DNA of 64,000 bases from Spirochaetia bacterium (GTDB taxonomy: Bacteria > Spirochaetota > Spirochaetia > CAKZLE01), in assembly GCA_963677595.1 (NCBI GenBank), contig OY782041.1, positions 3,840,001 to 3,904,000 of the forward strand, written 5' to 3'. The position numbers and the translations under genes were made by a program. Positions within the stretch are counted from its first letter, which is position 1; each line of letters begins with the position of its first letter. The notes under the pieces are model-generated. The model had not been told where the DNA came from and did no database searches. It saw nothing but the letters and a program-made list of their open reading frames with translations. Shown here one piece after another: positions 61,717 to 64,000 of this stretch.

Positions 61717-62643
61717 ATGAATGTTGTAGATGCAAAGAAAATCTTAGGTGATGTAATCCTCGAAGAAGGAAAGAAAAACAGTAATGTGGTAGTCGTTTCT
61801 ACCGACAGTGCAAACAGGTCTGGACTGACCGATTTCATCGACAGTTTCCCGGAACGATATTATGAGCTCGGCATCATGGAGCAGGCTGCTGTCGGTGTCT
61901 CCTCAGGTCTTGCAACTGCAGGAAAGATACCCGTGTTCGTCGCTCCTGCCATGTTCGTGACTGGACGTCCTTTCGAGTTCTTCAGGATCGACTTGGGATA
62001 CATGAAGCAGAATGCTAAGATGATCGGTAGGAACTGCGGGATCAACTACTCTGACCTCGGACCTACCCACCACGGGCTTGAGGATATCGCGCTGATCCGT
62101 CTCATCCCTGGAGTCGTCATACTAGCTCCTCAGGACGCAGGAGAACTCGAAGGAGCCCTCCATGCCATGATGGAGTATGAAGGACCGGTCTATCTAAGGG
62201 TCAGCACTGCCCCCATCGCAGAACTGTTCGAGAAGGTCCCCTTCAAGATCGGCGAGGGACGCATGATCAGGGATGGTAAAGATGTGACGATCATCACCAC
62301 CGGTGAAATCACCGCCAATGTCATGGGAGCCGTAGACATCCTCACCGAGCAGGGATACGATCCCCAGGTCATCGGTATGCCGACTGTCCAGCCGATTGAT
62401 GCAGAGATGATCAAGGCTGCTGCTGCAAAGACAGGTAAGATCGTGACGGTGGAAGAGCATTTCAAGACTGGTGGGCTTGGTTCTGCCGTTGCTGAGATCT
62501 GCAGCGAATACTGTCCGGTCCCCGTCAAGCGAATCGCCATGCCTGATGCCTATAACGGCTCCGGAACCTATAAGGACATGATCCTGAAGTTCAAACTTGA
62601 TGCCGCAGGGATTGCTGAATCTATTCAAGAATTCCTGAAATAA
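61717..62643 (+). CDS. Transketolase, C-terminal subunit
   Basis: GIMEQ, GPTHH, GPVYLR, VTVEEH..GGLGSAV. Confidence 0.93.
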   Translation: MNVVDAKKILGDVILEEGKKNSNVVVVSTDSANRSGLTDFIDSFPERYYELGIMEQAAVGVSSGLATAGKIPVFVAPAMFVTGRPFEFFRIDLGYMKQNAKMIGRNCGINYSDLGPTHHGLEDIALIRLIPGVVILAPQDAGELEGALHAMMEYEGPVYLRVSTAPIAELFEKVPFKIGEGRMIRDGKDVTIITTGEITANVMGAVDILTEQGYDPQVIGMPTVQPIDAEMIKAAAAKTGKIVTVEEHFKTGGLGSAVAEICSEYCPVPVKRIAMPDAYNGSGTYKDMILKFKLDAAGIAESIQEFLK

Positions 62644-62676
62644 GCATAGACGATCACACCCATAACCATTTGCCTT

Positions 62677-62708
62677 AGCTGCAGTCCCACCCTACTGGGA
62701 CTGCAGCT
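62677..62708 (+). terminator. Terminator hairpin after transketolase
   Basis: Perfect 13-bp stem agctgcagtccca/tgggactgcagct. Confidence 0.75.
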
Positions 62709-62809
62709 TCTTCATGCCACTTCAACCCACCCTCACACAATCTCTCAAACTACCAGCAGCGTGCTCCATGCTTACATCTCACTTGCATGGTGAGACGTTC
62801 TTCGGACAT

Positions 62810-62858
62810 ACTAAAGGCCAGCGTACGACGGCTTTGCCGTTCTACGCTGACCTTTAGT
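62810..62858 (-). terminator. Long hairpin downstream of the dehydrogenase gene
   Basis: actaaaggccagcgta/tacgctgacctttagt with inner acggc-ttt-gccgt; the mismatch is G.U on the minus strand. Confidence 0.6.
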
Positions 62859-62885
62859 GGTTAATCTCTATGTTTCTGGTGTTTG

Positions 62886-64000
62886 TTAGAATCGTACCTG
62901 ATAGATCATCTGTGCATCTTCTTGGGTGAAGGGGACCGGACTGTTCACCAGGAGCCGTTCCTTTGCCATCATCTCTGAGGCAAAGAGCGGTATCTCCTCC
63001 TGCTTCATGCCTAAGGCCCTGAGGAATTGCAACGGCAGGACTTTGGACAGGACCGCTTCGAACTCAAGGAAAAAATCATGTCTTGATGTTTTCACACCAA
63101 GGCGTGTCAGTGGTCTGGCCAGCGTGTCTATGAGCTGGTTCATCCTCTCGTTTTCCACACGTTGGGTATAGAGGTGGAAGACCTGGGAGAAGAACTGGTA
63201 GATCGATACTCCATGGGGTACCTTGTAGTGTTCCCCGAGCGGGTATGCCAAGGCATGGACTGGACCTGCTCCTGCATTGTTGACGGTCACCCCTCCCATG
63301 CAGCTTGCCGTCACGAAGTCCCCAAGGAGTTCCTTCCGATACTCCTCCCCGTTCAGGATGATATCAACGAAACCGTTGATGATCAGGGAACAGGCTTTCA
63401 AGGAATAGGCATCGGTAAAGGGGTTCGCCTTCGGGGACATGAAGGCCTCTGCCGCATGGGCGAGCGCATCGATCGAGCTGCTGTAGAAGATCGTGGGGGG
63501 CAGGCCCGAAAGCAGTTCAGGTATCAGGACTGAATGGTTCGCCGGCATAGCTTCATGGTTCAGGGCTGTCTTCAGGCCGGACTCTGCCATCGTGACGATA
63601 GATCCGTTGGTAACCTCGCTCCCGGTACCACAGGTCGTGGGTACTATGATAAGTCCTTTTCCCTTCACGATCGGGATCTCCCCGTTCATGATGCGCGTGA
63701 TCGGATACGGATCCTTGAGTGAAAGCAGTTTAGCGATATCGATGACCGAACCGCCGCCTATCGCTACGATCCTGCTGCAGGGAATCCCCTGCAGTTCAAG
63801 TGCTATAGCATTGACCATCTCATCAGTCGGCTCCCCGCCACCATACTCATCGCGCAGGATAAGGCTGCACTCCAGTCCAGCCTCTTTGATATACTGTTCA
63901 TAGATGATGGTCTCAGTGAAGATGAGGTCATGCCTGGAGAGCGCGAACTCCCCTGCAAACTTCTTGAAGGTTTCACATCTGTGTATCTGTGGGATAATCT
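62886..64000 (-). CDS. Iron-containing alcohol dehydrogenase, 4-hydroxybutyrate dehydrogenase-like; 5'-truncated by window
   Basis: GEPTD, IGGGSVIDIAK, PTTCGTGSEVT, DALAHAAE, HALAYPLG..VPHG; frame is open to the window end. Confidence 0.85.
   Translation of the reverse strand, partial: IIPQIHRCETFKKFAGEFALSRHDLIFTETIIYEQYIKEAGLECSLILRDEYGGGEPTDEMVNAIALELQGIPCSRIVAIGGGSVIDIAKLLSLKDPYPITRIMNGEIPIVKGKGLIIVPTTCGTGSEVTNGSIVTMAESGLKTALNHEAMPANHSVLIPELLSGLPPTIFYSSSIDALAHAAEAFMSPKANPFTDAYSLKACSLIINGFVDIILNGEEYRKELLGDFVTASCMGGVTVNNAGAGPVHALAYPLGEHYKVPHGVSIYQFFSQVFHLYTQRVENERMNQLIDTLARPLTRLGVKTSRHDFFLEFEAVLSKVLPLQFLRALGMKQEEIPLFASEMMAKERLLVNSPVPFTQEDAQMIYQVRF

Overview
Mostly core chromosome of a spirochaete. 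The inference rests on the ~890-aa TPR-fused GreA, a NusA with a C-terminal Zn ribbon, and the Borrelia/Treponema-like order tamB-bamA-mutS-comF-rimP-nusA-infB-rbfA-truB-ribF-rpsO-pnp-lptFG-tgt-murJ. The window holds ~52 CDS and one tRNA-Val(TAC), with no CRISPR array, transposase, integrase or reverse transcriptase. Most unusual items: (1) a ~2-kb AT-richer islet just downstream of tRNA-Val encoding an AlbA_2/Schlafen-like-HATPase-wHTH protein, bounded by an imperfect ~30-bp direct repeat and preceded by a phased TTC(T/A)(C/T)AAAT array; (2) a 14-copy GGYNQ(N/D)R(S/P) prion-like repeat in IF2; (3) two adjacent EF-G paralogs with complementary degeneracies; (4) divergent, apparently leaderless promoters with overlapping -35 boxes; (5) a 56-aa ORF missed by the ORF track. 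All calls come from reading motifs by eye; no searches were run, and I cannot claim a confirmed novel system.
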